64,000 nt of DNA from Octopus sinensis (taxonomy: Eukaryota), in contig NC_042998.1 of assembly GCF_006345805.1 (NCBI RefSeq), positions 180,172,001 through 180,236,000 of the forward strand, written 5' to 3'. The translations under genes and the position numbers were made by a program. The notes beneath the pieces were generated by a model. That model worked only from the letters and a program-made list of their open reading frames with translations, made no database searches and had not been told where the DNA came from. This document shows positions 1 to 12,317 of this stretch, piece by piece; the stretch's first letter is position 1; each line of letters opens with the position of its first letter.

Positions 1-1524
1 AATGGATTATAAAGAGAATTAGATAACAGCACAAAATATCTCAGTGTGTTACATGAGTCTATATGTCAAAACAATCACATGAATTGCTGTTATATACATG
101 GATGTTAGTGCCACCTGTTACGTCTGTGTTTTAGTACCTTTAGTACTCGAAAATGCATACCTATTTACAAGTTATTTATGCATGCTCCGGTGAGGGGTAA
201 CAGATTAGAGATTATCCCCTGCTGAGTAGAGTTCGCAAATTGTCTTCGATTTCCAACATTTGCATTACTATTACTCTTCTTAGAAAGAATAAACATGAGA
301 ATATATGTGCTTATCAATTTCTAAAAATACAAAATTCTGCATAAAAGCTAAACACTGGCCAACGAGGGAGACTTAATTTATTAAAAAGAACTGGACAAAC
401 ACACCGTACTGCTTCCAACAAAGGAAAGGAACGCTAGGCAATGTTGTAATAAATATGAGTGATTTAAGGACAATCACACGCAGAACACCTTTGATTAAAG
501 GTCAGATCGATCAGTGCTGATCTGATGGTTAAACAAACAGTAACGACTCTATAAAGTTAAGAACAACTATCGGAAAGCTGAAAAATCACAACTAAACAAT
601 TTGTCACACTTTCTCATCACTTAAGTCATAGAATTAAGTAATGTCTTGTCTTTTCAATAAAAGCAATGCTATGAATATTTCATTAAGTGATGTATATCCA
701 TCAGATAGCGTTTGTTTAAGACGATGTTTCTATGTATTTATTTATTCATTCCAGAATAAATATGAAAGAAAGTGCTGATCTATAAAAGACTGAGTATCAC
801 ATTTTTTTAAATGAACATGTGAGCTCTTAGAAATATCTAAATATCTCCCAAATTAAAACCTCCTGTCCAGAAAATGTGACCCTTGAGATACACTTCGTCA
901 GAACGAAAGAACAGTTGGTCATGACTGGAACTATAAAATCCAGCAATAGCAAGGTTAAAAAGTTCTAACATGAACTGCAGCAGCATCAGTAACCAGAAAT
1001 CATTTGGTTGCTGCTGTATTTTTTTTGTGTTGATTGGCGGTAAGGAAGATTATTTTGTCCGCTTGCCTATCTATGATGACTCAGATTGGCGAGTATCATT
1101 CATTAATGCAGCTGATGTTACTGCATCTGCCGCTGTTGTATTTGCTGATGATTATGACAACAAAAATGGTTACTGATCATAACGAAATAGGATAGATTTT
1201 TTTGTTTGTTTTGTATTGGAGTTTTTAAACGATTTTATCCGATTCATTAATTATTGCTATTTTAAAAAAATTTTCACTGCATTACATCTTTTGTAATGTT
1301 TTCCTCTGTTGTTCCCTTGGCAAATAAAGAAATTGTAATTATCATTATTGTTAATATTTTTATCTCAGTGTTATTTTCACAGCGTGTTTTCACTGCACAA
1401 TCGAACATATATTATACTTCTTGGGTGCTTGCTGTGACTTGCTTTTGCATATCTGTTGCACTGAATGTACTCTACATGATATATATATATATAGGGGGAA
1501 AATTCACAAAAATAAAAAACAAGA

Positions 1525-1680
1525 GATGAAGACAGGTGGTGTAGAAAGCAAACAGATGTATTAGTATAATGCTCGGGAATTGAACCAGTCTTTAATATTT
1601 CAAGCCTACGCTCTTCCACACCAAGGAACACAGAAAAAAAACAAGGAGAGAAAAAAATGTGTGTAGTGGCTATCACGGCG
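1525..1680 (-). repeat. Decayed copy of a short hammerhead-bearing interspersed repeat (relative of 10860-11050)
   Basis: Minus strand reads TGTGGA-A-GAGC-gtag-GCTT-GAAA; flanks resemble 2540-2720 and the reverse complement of 10900-11040. Confidence 0.45.
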
Positions 1681-1739
1681 AATGCCGGACAGAATAGTCA
1701 CACAGAACTAAGTAGTAGGGGAGATAACAGGAAAGTTTA

Positions 1740-1746
<7 letters not shown>

Positions 1747-1794
<48 letters not shown>
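1747..1794. repeat. (AAT)n microsatellite
   Basis: Perfect AAT run. Confidence 0.95.
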
Positions 1795-2407
1795 GAGTTT
1801 TACGTAAAGTTCATAAAGTTCCAAGGCTTCAGACGTCGTGGTGTATTGGAGCGATTTTCTATCAACAAAAGGGTCCAGAGTAATCCTTAGGCAGGAGACC
1901 TGCAGCCGGAGTGTAGAAAGTCCAAAAGAGAATCTGTAAAGGGTAGAGAGGTAGAAAGTCCAGTAGAGAAGTTCGTGGGTGATGAGAGGAGACAGGATGT
2001 TACCAAAAAATGTTATATTCTATATGCCGTGTGCATGGTTTTTGAATATGTATCTCTCAATATTTTTGCGTCATTTCTTTGATATTACTACCATAGGAAT
2101 TGTTTCAATTATAAGTCCTTGATTCTGCTTCTTTTTTTTTTCCAGATCCTGATATTTGAAAAAACTTACTATTTTTTTAAGAACAGTAAATAGTACATTT
2201 CCTGAAGTGCACAAAGATTGGTCAAACTGGAATTAATTAACTTCGTGTTAAATATGATTGTACTCCCATGTACACGCATTCAACGCTGCTTTGTGCGTCT
2301 CGGGTTAATTGCAAATTGACTAACCTTTGCATAAAGCGACGAATGTATTATTTGCTGCTCATAACAGCAATCGTTGTTACAGTATTGCGAAGTAATGATT
2401 CGGTTTC

Positions 2408-2450
2408 CCTAACTGAGGAAGTGTAAAGATGCAGAAACACGTGTCGTACG
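2408..2450 (+). ncRNA. Degenerate minimal hammerhead ribozyme motif
   Basis: CTGAGGA (2413-2419), stem II TGTA/aaga/TGCA, GAAA, palindromic ACACGTGT, GTC triplet; stem I poorly paired. Confidence 0.45.
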
Positions 2451-2539
2451 ATCCGATGACGTCGTTCATATCATAACAGTGCATTCTCACACACACACAC
2501 ACGAACACACACATGTATCTATATAGTTCAAATTTACAG

Positions 2540-2720
2540 AAAACAAAAGACGAGGGCAGGTGAGGGAACAACACGCAGATGTATTTGATGCTTGGGAAGA
2601 ATGGAAAAATCTTTGAAGTTTTGAGTATACGCTCTTCGATAGAAAAGAATGAGAGGGAAAAAATTGAGAGCGAACGGAAAAGAAAACGGAGAAAGAGAAA
2701 CGTGTAGGGATTGAAACTCG
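2540..2720 (-). repeat. Decayed copy of the same hammerhead-bearing repeat as 1525-1680
   Basis: Shared cagatgtatt...acgctcttc motif; core decayed to CTATCGA...AAAAC. Confidence 0.4.
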
Positions 2721-2728
2721 TCGTACGC

Positions 2729-2815
<87 letters not shown>

Positions 2816-3021
2816 ATATATATATTTCAAAGGGAATAATTATTAATTGTTTTCCCTTTATGAGGTTTTTCACGCTAACTACTTGATAAATTCTTATAAA
2901 GATTTTATCCTATTTTTAAATTGTATGTGTGTGCGTGTGTGTGTGTCTGTGTGTGTGTGTGTGTTGTGTAAGCGTGTGTACGACCAAATTCAATGTTGTG
3001 TAAGCGTGTGTACGACCAAAT

Positions 3022-3566
3022 TCACGCAAGGCATTTCTCGCCCCAGGGATATGCTAAAGGACATTTGCCCAAGGTGCTGCGCATTGGGATTGAACCCGGC
3101 CACCTGGTTGAAAAACCAGCTTCTAAACCGCACGGCCATGCCTGCCATTGTGTATATTTTTTTACAACCTCTTTACTCTTTTTTACTCTTTTACATGTTT
3201 CAGTCATTTGACTGTGGCCATGCTGGAGCACCACCTTTAGTCGAGCAATTCGACCCCGGGACTTATTCTTTGTAAGCCCAGTGCTTATTCTATCGGTCTC
3301 TGTTGCCGAACCGCTAAGTGACGGGGACGTAAACACACCAGCATCGGTTGTCAAGCAATGCTAGGGGGACAAACACACACATACATATATATATATACAT
3401 ATATACGACAGGCTTCTTTCAGTTTCCGTCTACCAAATCCACTCACAAGGCATTGGTCGGCCCGAGGCTATAGCAGAAGACACTTGCCCAAGATGCCACG
3501 CAGTGGGACTGAACCCGGGACCATGTGGTTGGTTAGCAAGCTACTTACCACACAGCCACTCCTGCA
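3022..3566 (-). mobile_element. CORE-type tRNA-derived bipartite SINE (full copy 3168-3566 plus an extra head 3022-3142)
   Basis: Minus strand: A-box-like TGGCTGTGTGG, B-box-like GGGTTCAGTCCC, CORE-like CTTGGGCAAGTGTCTT, internal microsatellite, tail ending GACTGAAACA..AAAAGAG; many copies in the window. Confidence 0.9.
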
Positions 3567-3622
3567 CCTCTATATATTCTACACTTTTTTATGTCTATCT
3601 CTCTGTCAGTTACCTGTTCCTG

Positions 3623-3660
<38 letters not shown>

Positions 3661-4063
3661 TCTCTCTCTCTTCATTGAAGTGCTTCCCTATAATTTTAGG
3701 TGCACGGATTACGCATTCCTTTATTGTATTAATAGATAAATCAGAGTAATTTTAGAGTTTTTCGGGTCACTTCTTTACATCGTAATTATTATTCAGTATT
3801 AGTTTATCGATTAGTAACACACTATTGTGATTTTTATCATGAAAAATTATGTTAGACTTGTTCTATATTACTTTGTTGTCTGCCAATATAGTAAATGTCT
3901 GTAGAAGTTTGGTATAATCATTTTATAAGACAACAGGAAGCTCATAATATGTTTATGAGAAGTTCAAACCGAATACGTAGCGTAGCTGTACAGCTTTTTA
4001 TCTAGGTTTTCTTGTTTTTCCTTTTTTGCAATGTATATTACTAGGGTTTAGCATTTGGTATAT

Positions 4064-4371
4064 AGAGGCACAAGGCCTAATGGTTAGAGCAGCGGACTCA
4101 CGGTCGAGGGATAGCGGGTTCGAATCTCAGACCGGGCGATATGTGTGTTTATGAGCGAAAAAACCTAAGCCCCACGGAGCTCCGACAGAAGGTAACGGCG
4201 AACCTCTGCTGACTCTTTCACCACAACTTTCTCTTACTCTTTCTTCCTGCATCTTGCAGCTCACCTGCGACGGACCCGGCGTCCCCTCCAGGTGGGGAAC
4301 CTATACGCCAAGGAAACCGGGAAACCGGTCCTAATCAGCCAAGCGTGGCTCTAGAAGGAACAAACAACAAC
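4064..4371 (+). mobile_element. tRNA-derived OR-like SINE, tail type 1
   Basis: AGGCCTAATGG A box, GGTTCGAATCT B box; homologous to 8812-9105 and 32236-32530. Confidence 0.85.
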
Positions 4372-4419
4372 ATTTGGCATAGTGATGCAATGCATGCAGC
4401 ATAATATTTAAGAAGCTAT

Positions 4420-4640
4420 ACATTAAAGACGGTGAGCTGGAAAAATTGGAAACACACCGGATAAAATGATAAGTGACATTTCGTCCGTCTCCACATTCTG
4501 AGTTCAAATTACCCCGAGGTCGACTTAGCCTTGGAACTTTTCGGGGTCGAAAAAATAAGTACCATTTAAACACTGGAATTGAGGTAATCGACTAACTCTC
4601 ACCCCCGAAATTTCTGGCCTTGTGCTAAAATTTTAAATCA
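4420..4640 (+). mobile_element. Meta-domain-like SINE, degenerate copy
   Basis: GGTGAGCTGG head, GAGTTCAAATT, CTTTTCGGGGTCGA...AAGTACC central domain. Confidence 0.75.
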
Positions 4641-5515
4641 ATATTTAAGAAGCTATGTTATATAAGCAGTATTTGCAGATTATAGCAAGCGTTGGTGTTT
4701 GTTCCTTCTCGACCCCGGCGGCATTTGAACTCAGAAACTTCCGCTTAATATTTTATGTATATTACGGTGCATATTCGTCGCATGGAACAGTGAAGTATGG
4801 GATACATTCTTTATCACATATGTCCCACTGACACTACTCGGGTAATACGCATGGTAAGAAACTCTCAGCGGTATACACGACCACTTACACTATAATCCCA
4901 AAAGTATGCAGCTTAGCAGATCATGAACTTGGAATGTGCACCGTCGAAATCGACGGGAATCCATTTACTTACTGTATATATCGATGAATTTCCATATTTG
5001 TAAGTGTGCGTGCCTGTATCTAGATGGCTGTGTGCGTGCCTGTATATACATAGGTGCGCTTATCTGTTAATATATAATGTTCATGTGTGCGCGTGTGTGT
5101 GTATGTGTATGTGTATGTGTGTGTGTGTGTTTGCTTTTATGGCTCATCTATATTCTTTTTTCTTAATCTCTCGTCTACACTCTCACTTTCTATTTCGTCC
5201 TCGTCATGATTAATTTCATTTTCTCTAATTTTCCTTAATCTCTATGTTACAGATAACAAAACTTGTTCTCCCTTCTCCATTTACTTGTTTATATATATTT
5301 TGTATTTTATAATGATTTGTTTTTTTTTTTTTTTCATTTGATTATGTGCGCGTGTTGGTGTATGGTTTCTTTTTCCTTCCACACTATTTAACATTTCATG
5401 TTTGTTTCTAAGCTAGGTCTGAATCTAAATCCTGGAGTTCGTTATGTTCTTTTTATATATTCTTTGTTTGTACGTACATAGGTATGTGCGTGTGTATGTG
5501 TATGAACGCACGTTG

Positions 5516-5550
<35 letters not shown>

Positions 5551-5853
5551 TATATATATTATATATATATATATATGAGCGTGTGTATGTAAGTATACAC
5601 ACACAAACATCTTTATATTTTTGTATGCATAGTTATTAATGCTGATGTCATTGCTATGTTTTTCGTAATCGTTGTTATTATAGGAATTCTTGTTGCTCGT
5701 GTCCTTGATGTTAGTTGATTTTACCAGCACCATAGTAACTGCTAAGCTGCCTTACACCACCACTACCACCACCTCCGCCACTACAACTACCAATACCATA
5801 ACCAGCAGCTTCACATTATCACCCAAAACACAAACACTAATTCTAACACCATT

Positions 5854-6178
5854 CATCATCATCATTGTTCGACAGTGTTCGAGACAATGGAATTTACCAT
5901 GCTACGCCAGACTTCACGGTCCATCATGGCATTACGGAGATCCTGTTGCTGGATGCCTGTATCCCTGGAAATTACATCAGAGTAGGAGAGTGTGTGCCCT
6001 CTGATATTGCGAGTAGATGGCTTCCAGAGGAGAAGAGTAGAAATTACTTCTTTTTCAGCTCTACAACAATGTCCAGCAAACTGGACTCTCCTACCTTTCA
6101 CAAGAGATGACACAGGTGGTAGTTTCCCATATATTTGCATTTTTGTTAGATGGCGCTTCCACGAGAGATTTTGAGCTC
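5854..6178 (-). mobile_element. 5'-truncated RTE-clade LINE 3' end with TSD
   Basis: Encodes ...RRVQFAGHCCRAEKEVISTLLLWKP...MMDREVWRSMV; (GAT)n tail; 12-bp TSD TCTAACACCATT at 5842-5853 and 6179-6190. Confidence 0.85.
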
Positions 6179-6678
6179 TCTAACACCATTAAAAGACCAC
6201 TAAAATCGCTCCTTTCCAACGCATTCCAAATACGACCCAACGACTGAGTGTCTACGTTAGTAGTTATCAAAAGTTACCTTGGAAGGGGTAGATTTTATTT
6301 TTTAAATGAACAATGTGGTTCCAGTTTTTCTGTAGAGGGCAAAATGTTGAGGGGGTCATCATAAGAGGAATGCATAGGTCTACAGGATCAGGATAGATTG
6401 GGGCTACAAAACAACAACAACAACATGGTCACCATCACTAACAATAGCTGCATATGAACAACAATGAAGAACTCTTTATGCAGTCGGCCGCCTTGTTAGA
6501 AATAGCAGCCAAATATCTTTCGAATTCCATCCCACCATCTTGAGAAAGGAAAGACATATTCGACAACATAGTCATTAGTATACAAAAAAGATGTCATAGT
6601 CACTTCTCAATTGTCTCAATTGATTAATTGCATAATTAATAATAAATTTGCTTAATTTGATAATACATTGATGTAAAC

Positions 6679-6780
6679 CAGTAATTCCCAAAGTGGGTGG
6701 TGGTGTACCCCTAGGAGCGGTGGAAAGATGCAGAGGGGGGAGGTTGAAGAAAAATGTGGCGATAATGGGGTGACCAAAAC
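6679..6780 (+). mobile_element. hAT/Charlie-like DNA transposon terminus fragment
   Basis: Starts CAGTAATTCCCAAAGTGGG, resembling CAGTGGTTCCCAAA termini; no partner end found. Confidence 0.35.
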
Positions 6781-7176
6781 GGGGCAATGTTTCCGTCACT
6801 CACAAGGCCTTCGACGGCTCGAGGCTATAGTAGAAGACAGTTGCCCAAGGTGCCACGCACTGGGACTGAGCCCGGGACCATGAGACTGGGAAACAAGCTT
6901 CTTACCCCACAGCCACGACATGTTTTCTTGTTTCACTCATTAAACTGCGTCCATACCGGTGTCCCGTCTTGGAGAGATTTTATTCGAACGAATCGTCACT
7001 AGTTCTTTTAAAGCTTCGTACTTATTTTGACGGTCGTTTGGCCTAGCGGCTAAGTTACAGGGAAGCAAACAAACCAATACTGGTTATCAAGAGGTGGTGA
7101 GAGAAAACACGAACGCAAAGGCACTGACACATAGATACATATGCACGCACACACACACATACATTCAGACGCACGC

Positions 7177-7212
<36 letters not shown>

Positions 7213-7285
7213 ATATTAGGGAGTAAATCCAAACTTACAGGGAAAAATTAGATTTAGGATTAAATCTAATTTTATAGTATAAATA

Positions 7286-7589
7286 TATATATTAAATTAG
7301 AAATAAAACCACTATTCGGCAAATCAAACAGTGAAAATCATAAACCAATACATAGACATAAAATTAATTAATAAAAAATATAAAATATGAAATTCAAAAT
7401 TTAAATTATTTAAATTTAAAGTTAAAATATTAAATCATTTTTTTAATTTTAACTTTAAATTTAAATAATTTAAATTTTGAATTTTATATTTTATATTTTT
7501 TATTAATTAATTTTATTTCTATGTATTGGTTTATGATTTTCACTGTTTGATTTGCCGAATAGTGGTTTTTATCTCTAATTTAATATATA
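7286..7589. repeat. Long near-perfect AT-rich palindrome (about 140-bp arms)
   Basis: 7286-7427 is the reverse complement of 7447-7589, including a 50-nt exact match AACCACTATTCGGC...CAATACATAGA. Confidence 0.9.
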
Positions 7590-8187
7590 CATATATTATA
7601 CGTTGCAGATGCATTTATGCCTACTTACGCCAACATACAGAGTCATACATATTCGCACATACAGTCACATACGCTCATAAAAAATTTATCATTAATGGCT
7701 GGCCTGTCAAGTAATGCGGGGTAAGTATTATGGTTTTACGTATATAGGTTAGGATATAATGTATAATTTTAAAATGGTTATGATTTAATAGATATATTTC
7801 GTAATTTTTAACGCTTGTTATCATTAGCCATAAGGACGTAGCTTTAGAAAGCTGCTGTATGTATCTGTATGTGTCTTTGTGTGTACATTTGTGTGTGTAT
7901 TTGTATGAGCGATTGTTATGCCTATACGTGTGTAGGCGTCTTTTGGTTGTGTCATGCAAATTCTTTTAAAATTATCTCTAGAGGTTGTTGCGTGAAGGGA
8001 TATTGCAGGGATAAAATTAAAACGGTTTTGTATACGATTTTGTATGTCTATTTATACAATTACTCTTTTGATAATTTTAACAATATTATATTTTCGCCAT
8101 TAAATAGTTTTTTTTTCCTTTAAAGGAAAATATGCTTTATCATTATTTCAGGATACAATTTGTGGGATTACCATCATATTATATCAA

Positions 8188-8425
8188 ATGGAATGTGGAT
8201 GTGTGATCAGAAGTTTGCTTCTCAACTACATGGTTCAAGGTTCAGTCTCACTGCGTGGTACCTTCAGGAAGTGTCTTCAGTTATATCCTTAAGCCGACCA
8301 AAGCATTGTGAATGGATTTGGTAGACGGTAACTGAAAGATGCTCGTCGTACATATATATAAATATGTGTGTGTGAGTATGTGTGTGTGTGTGTATGTGTG
8401 TATGTGTGTGTATGTGTGTATGTGT

Positions 8426-8516
<91 letters not shown>

Positions 8517-8675
8517 TGTTCACGCCCACCGCTTGACAACTGGTGTCAGTGTGTTTATTTAAGAGTTCGGCAAAAGTGACGGATAGAATAAGTACTAGGC
8601 TCAATAAGTTCGACTAAATTTCTTCAAGGTAGTGCCCCAGCATGGCCGCAGTCTAATGACTGAAAGAAAATTAAA
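8188..8675 (+). mobile_element. CORE-type bipartite SINE with expanded internal (TG)n
   Basis: Head, CORE-like block, (TG)n 8364-8514, tail CATGGCCGCAGTCTAATGACTGAAA. Confidence 0.85.
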
Positions 8676-8811
8676 GACAAAGATAAATATGTAGGCAAGA
8701 AGAAAGTAACTCTATATATGGTTATTCAGTGCTATATTTTTACACTAAAAATTTAAGTCTCCCAAGAAAAATACGAAAATTAGTGTGCATAACATACAAC
8801 TTTGTTAGAAT

Positions 8812-9105
8812 ATTTGTTCCTTCTTGAGCTATGCCTGGCTCATAAAGGCCAGTTTCTCGGTTTCCGTGGTGTATAGGTTCCCCACCTGGACGGGACGCCT
8901 GACCATCGCAGGTGAGCTACAAGATGCAGAAGGAAAGATTGAGAGAAGGTCGTGATGAAAGAATCAGCAGAAGTTCGCCGTTACCTTCTGTCGGAGCTGC
9001 GTTGAGCTAAGGTGTTTCGCTTATAAGCACACACATCGCCCGGTCTGAGATTCGAACCTGCAATCTCTCGACAGCGAGTCAGCTGCTCTAACCACTAGGC
9101 CATGT
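8812..9105 (-). mobile_element. OR-like tRNA-derived SINE, tail type 1
   Basis: Reverse complement matches 4064-4371. Confidence 0.85.
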
Positions 9106-9109
9106 ACCT

Positions 9110-9341
9110 ATTTCTTTATTACCCACAAGGGGCTAAACATAGAGGGGACAAACAAGGACAGACATAGGTATTAAGTCGATTACATCGACCCCAGTGCGGA
9201 ACTGGTACTTAATTTATCGACCCCGAAAGGATGAAAGGCAAAGTCAACCTCGACGGAATTTGAACTCACAACGTAACGACAGACGAAATACCGCAAAGCT
9301 TTTCATCCGGCGTGCTAACGTTTCTGCCAGCTCGCCGCCTT
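9110..9341 (-). mobile_element. Meta-like SINE with 17-bp TSD
   Basis: Full head-to-tail copy; CACTAGGCCATGTACCT at 9093-9109 and 9351-9367. Confidence 0.9.
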
Positions 9342-9504
9342 GTACCTCCACACTAGGCCATGTACCTCCACACTTTCTTAGAAAGGTGTCATCAAACATT
9401 CTACAATCATTTCATGAAAAGACACACAAAGACACAAACACAAACACACACAAAAAAATAATGTGCTGTTAGAAAAACATAGTAAAGGTACTCTTCATAC
9501 TCGG

Positions 9505-9748
9505 CGAGTTGGCTGAGAAGGCGGCGAGTTGGCTGAAGCGTTAGCACGCTGAGGGAAATGCTTCGCGGTATTTCGTCTGCGTTACGTTGTGAGTTCAAAT
9601 TCCGCCGAGGTCGACTTTGCCTTTCATCCTTTCGGGGTCGATAAATTAAGTACCAGTTACGAACTGGGGTCGATGTAATCGACTTAATACCTATGTCTGT
9701 CCTTGTTTGTTGCCTCTGTGTTTAGCCCCTTGTGGGTAATAAAGAAAT
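9505..9748 (+). mobile_element. Meta-like SINE with 19-bp TSD
   Basis: AGGTACTCTTCATACTCGG at 9486-9504 and 9749-9767. Confidence 0.9.
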
Positions 9749-9837
9749 AGGTACTCTTCATACTCGGTTTGAACTTGTAATAAACGTTATGAGCTTCCTC
9801 ATGTCTTATAAAATAAAAATAGGAAAATTCTACACAG

Positions 9838-10360
9838 ATTCTTTTCTACTCTAGGCACAAGACCCGAAATTTGTGGGGAGAGGGCCAGTCGATTAGATCG
9901 ACACCAGTGCGTAAGTGGTACTTAATTTATCGACCCCGAAAGGATAAATGGCAAAGTCGACCCCAGTGGAATCTGAAATCAGAACGTAAAGACGGGCGAG
10001 CGGATTTAATATATTCTTTTCTACTCTTGTCACAAGACTCGAAATTTGTCGGGAGAGGCCTAGTCGATTAGATCGACCCCAGTGCGCAACTGGTACTTAA
10101 TTTCTCGACCCCGAAAGGATGAATGGTAGAGTCGACATCGGCGGAATTTGAATTCAGAACGTAAAGACAGACGAAATGGATTTAAAAAATTCTTTTCTAC
10201 TCTAGGCACAAGACTTGAAATTTGTCGGGACAGGCCCAATCGATTAGATCGACCCCAGTGCGCAACTGGTACTTAATTTATCGATCCCGAAAGGATGAAT
10301 GGTAAAGTCAACCTCGGCGAAATTTGAACTCAGAACGTAAAGACAGACGAAGCAGATTTA
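9838..10360 (-). mobile_element. Three tandem 5'-truncated Meta-like SINE units (alternative tail)
   Basis: About 177-bp period, each unit starting TTCTTTTCTACTCT on the plus strand. Confidence 0.85.
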
Positions 10361-10928
10361 AAATATTGACAGACAATTAGGTAAGATATAACAAATATAA
10401 GGTAACTTTCATGATAAAAATAACAATAGTGTGTTACTAATCGATAAAATGATACTGTATGATGACTATGATGTAAAGAAGTGACCCGGAAAGCTTTGAA
10501 ATTACTCTGATTTATCTACTATGACAATTAAGAAATGTGTAATTAGTGCAAGTGAAATAATAGAGAAATACATCAGTAGAAATAGCGACAGCAACAGGTT
10601 AGTGACTGAGATAGACATACAAAAATAAAAAGGAAGAATATATAGAGAGAGGTTGTGAAAAAAAGATGAATGCATTACTTTTGAATACTCAACCATAGCC
10701 AAAAGAGAATATGTGTATACATACACACACATGCGTACGTACATACATAGACACATACATACATGCATACATATACACATACATACATATATACATACAT
10801 ACATACATACATACATACATACATACATACATACATACATACATACATAGAGATGTGTGTGACCGCGTGTGTATCGTTGGCGATTTTTTCCCTCCGTCTT
10901 CCCTTCCTTGGACTTTTCCTTTTTCTAT

Positions 10929-10963
10929 GTTTCTGACGAAGAGCTCCGCTCGAAACATTAAAT
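10929..10963 (+). ncRNA. Minimal hammerhead ribozyme motif within an interspersed repeat (about 10860-11050)
   Basis: gttt-CTGACGA-A-GAGC/tcc/GCTC-GAAAC-ATT-aaat; the expected AACGTT palindrome appears as AACATT. Confidence 0.55.
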
Positions 10964-11061
10964 CCTCCTTCTTTCTTTCTTTTCCTGAGCGTCCAATAAC
11001 ACTATACTTGTTCCACGTCCTCGCGACGTTGTGTTTTCTCTTTGTGTTTTCATGTTTGGAT

Positions 11062-11099
<38 letters not shown>

Positions 11100-11308
11100 A
11101 ATATAAGAGAGTAACCACTATGTGGTCGACTCTAGCACTAAAAATAGATCCGCTAGGTTTCAGCCACAAAGAATTGTTTCCGATGAAAGTTAGCACGACT
11201 ACTAGCGCAAACGAACAGGGCAAATAAGCATAACAAAAATGTAGATTAGTTCAGGACAATTGTTTCGCTATTAATAAATTATGTAATTTTACTCACATAA
11301 CATATCTG

Positions 11309-11385
<77 letters not shown>

Positions 11386-11631
11386 CACATGCTTATACAC
11401 ACACACTCATAAACTCACACACGCATACACACACACACACATATATATAGGCAAAATTGATACAGGTCACGAAATTGATGGAGGTTGCTGGCCAGCATCG
11501 GGTTCTAATTGCTAATAAGCCACCCTTTAATGTGTTTATATATATATATATATATATATATAATGACATACATGAATACATATGTACATGCATACATAGA
11601 TATATACATATATACAGACATGCATATAACT

Positions 11632-12255
11632 ATATATGGAACTCAGACACAATGCTTCTGCTTTGGAGAACCTTTATCCTCAGTTGTCTAGACTACTGCT
11701 CCCAACTGTGGTCCCCACAGAGTGTAAACCTAATTGCAGAACTAGAAGCGATCCAGTGCTACTTCACAAAGAAGATAGACTCAGTAAAACACATGGGCTA
11801 CGCGGAGAGATTGAGGGAACTTGGACCCCACTCCCCGGAGAGGAGACGCAAGAGATATACAGTGCTATACATGTAGAAAATAATGGAGGGTCTGGCTCCA
11901 AATTTCGGAATTGAAATCTACAAAAATCCCCGAACTGGACGGCACTGCACAGTACCAAAGTTTCCATCTTCTCCACGAGGATAAGAACCTAATATTGTAA
12001 AAGCTTGGGATTCAAGGGACCACAACTTTTTAATGCCCCACCACAGAACATGAGGGATCTGCTAGATGTAGACAGGGAAGTCTCAAAAAACGTCTTAACA
12101 GTTTTTTTTTATCTGCAATTCAAGATGAACCCACATCGTGACAGGAGACACGAAGAAGAGCGGCAATGTCCAACTCGCTACTTCACCGGAAGCAATACTG
12201 GAAAAATCCCCGGATTCAGTAAAGGCGAGGTACCAACCTCTGGCTGAAACCGATT
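11632..12255 (+). mobile_element. CR1/L2-group LINE 3' fragment
   Basis: LLLWRTFILSCLDYCSQLWSP...ELEAIQCYFTKKI...ERRRKRY, then FKGPQLFN; frameshifted. Confidence 0.85.
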
Positions 12256-12264
12256 AAATATAAT

Positions 12265-12302
<38 letters not shown>

Positions 12303-12317
12303 GATATATATATATAT

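Noticed and set aside
1140-1200. CTGATGA-TTATGA...TCATAA-C-GAAA hammerhead-like string
   Set aside because: No stem I pairing, a 2-bp non-palindromic stem III, and it lies in a decayed GCT/GAT low-complexity tract; probably chance.
2962-3024. 31-bp direct repeat
   Set aside because: A simple local tandem duplication with a 1-nt spacer next to (TG)n; not a TSD because nothing is inserted between the copies.
11175-11220. CCGATGA...GTTAG/CTAGC...GCAAAC hammerhead-like string
   Set aside because: Two core deviations and no stem III; cannot be supported without a family consensus.
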